Assembly (NCBI GenBank): GCA_963716745.1
Contig: OY970320.1
Coordinates: forward strand, 1,504,001 to 1,568,000
Length of the DNA: 64,000 bases
Direction of reading: 5' to 3'
From: an uncultured Gemmatimonadaceae bacterium
GTDB lineage: Bacteria > Gemmatimonadota > Gemmatimonadetes > Gemmatimonadales > Gemmatimonadaceae
Below, one piece after another: positions 62,858 through 64,000 of this stretch. Every line of letters starts with the position of its first letter. Within the stretch, counting starts at the first letter, position 1. The position numbers and the translations under genes are program-made. Under the pieces are notes generated by a model, which saw nothing but the letters and a program-made list of their open reading frames with translations, was not told the DNA's origin and made no database searches.

Positions 62858-63750
62858 GCGGCCGCGTCGCCGTCATCGTCAACCCCGCCTCCGGTAGGGG
62901 GCGGGGGGCGAGGACGGCGGAGCGGATCCACCGCGCATTCGCGGATGTGGGCGTCACCGACATCCGGTTCACCACGGCGCCTGGGCAGGAGCGAGAGCTC
63001 GCGGCCCAGGCGCTTCGCGATGGGGCCACGACCATCGTGGCCTGCGGCGGCGACGGCACGTGGAGCAATGCGGCGAACGCCATCGTGGCGGCGAAGAGCT
63101 CGTGCCGCCTCGCGATCGTGGCGGCCGGCACCGGCAACGATTTCGCGAAATCGCTCAAGATACCGGCCACCGACATCGAGCAGATGGCGCGACTCGCGGT
63201 GGATGGTCCCGACACGCCGATCGACGTGGGCCGCATCGAGGACCGCTACTTCCTGAACATCACGGGCTTCGGATTCGACATCGCCGTGCTCGAGGACATC
63301 GAGAGCATCTGGTGGCTGCGCGGCTACCTGCTCTACAAGTACTCCGCACTCAAGCAGCTGCTCAGCTACAAGGGGCTGATGGTGGACATCGCGAGTCCCG
63401 CCAAGCCGCGCGGCATGAAGCAGCATCTCATGGTGATCGTGGCGAACGCGCGGTATTTCGGCGGAACCTTCGTGATCGCGCCGAACGCCGATCTCGCCGA
63501 CGGGAAGCTCGATCTCATCGCCATCCACGACGCGTCGCCGATCCAGCGCGCCAACTTGTTCGGCGCCGTGGGCAAGGGCACGCACATGACGCACCCCAGC
63601 GTGGATGCGGAACAGTCGTCATCGTTCACGATGCGTTTCGCCGAACCGCCGGCGTACGAGACCGACGGCGAGTACAACCGCGCGAAGAGCGCCGTGCTCG
63701 AGATCACGACCGTGCCCCGCGCGCTGCGGCTCGTGGTGCCGGCGAAATGA
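62854..63750 (+). CDS. Diacylglycerol/sphingosine kinase family (YegS/DAGKc)
   Basis: IVNPASG, GGDGT, GTGNDFA, NARYFGG and ETDGE. Confidence 0.92.
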   Translation: MSGRVAVIVNPASGRGRGARTAERIHRAFADVGVTDIRFTTAPGQERELAAQALRDGATTIVACGGDGTWSNAANAIVAAKSSCRLAIVAAGTGNDFAKSLKIPATDIEQMARLAVDGPDTPIDVGRIEDRYFLNITGFGFDIAVLEDIESIWWLRGYLLYKYSALKQLLSYKGLMVDIASPAKPRGMKQHLMVIVANARYFGGTFVIAPNADLADGKLDLIAIHDASPIQRANLFGAVGKGTHMTHPSVDAEQSSSFTMRFAEPPAYETDGEYNRAKSAVLEITTVPRALRLVVPAK

Positions 63751-64000
63751 AGGCGATCTCCTTCGCGGCGCCGATCCCGACGTACCTCGCGACGCTCGCC
63801 GCCGGCAAGATCTCCGACCGGTTCTATGTGGGCCCGTACGCCTGCACCACCTATGGCGACCGCGAAGCGCCCGCGCTGCCAAGCGACCGCTGGGTGCGGC
63901 TCCGTACGCGCATGGGCGGCATCTGCGGCAGCGACATCAACGTCGTCACGCTCGGCGCGAGTCCATCCAATTCGCCCTTCTCGAGCTTCCCCTTCGTGCT
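63747..64000 (+). CDS. Zinc-binding (MDR) dehydrogenase, 5' part only
   Basis: ATG overlaps the kinase stop; my translation gives MKAISFAAP...WVRLRTRMGGICGSD...FSSFPFV, running off the window. Confidence 0.8.
   Translation, partial: MKAISFAAPIPTYLATLAAGKISDRFYVGPYACTTYGDREAPALPSDRWVRLRTRMGGICGSDINVVTLGASPSNSPFSSFPFV

Overview
High-GC bacterial chromosomal window, probably Gemmatimonadota (inferred from gene content and order, not proven), with about 60 tightly packed CDSs. I found no rRNA, tRNA, CRISPR array, transposase or prophage gene. In order: a partial TolC-type gene; comEA-pilB-pilT-pilC; an M28 peptidase; lptF-lptG-mlaE-mlaD; a TonB-dependent receptor; APC permeases; ctaA-ctaB and an ABC exporter; a seven-gene biosynthetic operon (DUF92, B12 radical SAM, FAD oxidoreductase, flavin reductase, methyltransferase, SRPBCC cyclase, ketosynthase); ppa, acs, dsbA/VKOR and carbonic anhydrase; a SpeD-like gene, M16 protease, psuG, kynureninase-like gene, SulP, a patatin-ferredoxin fusion and acnA; and, at the right end, a divergent cluster around a serine palmitoyltransferase-like gene. 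Three things stand out. (1) The right-end cluster looks like a phospho-sphingolipid pathway with non-canonical partner enzymes. (2) The biosynthetic operon has one ketosynthase and no ACP or chain-length factor. (3) A dispersed family of periodic (7/9/14/21-nt), often palindromic repeats begins at stop codons with a shared AACNRC hexamer, and one copy sits in frame inside aconitase. Eight genes carry frameshifts; those I resolved are nearly all single-base insertions and are most likely sequencing errors.
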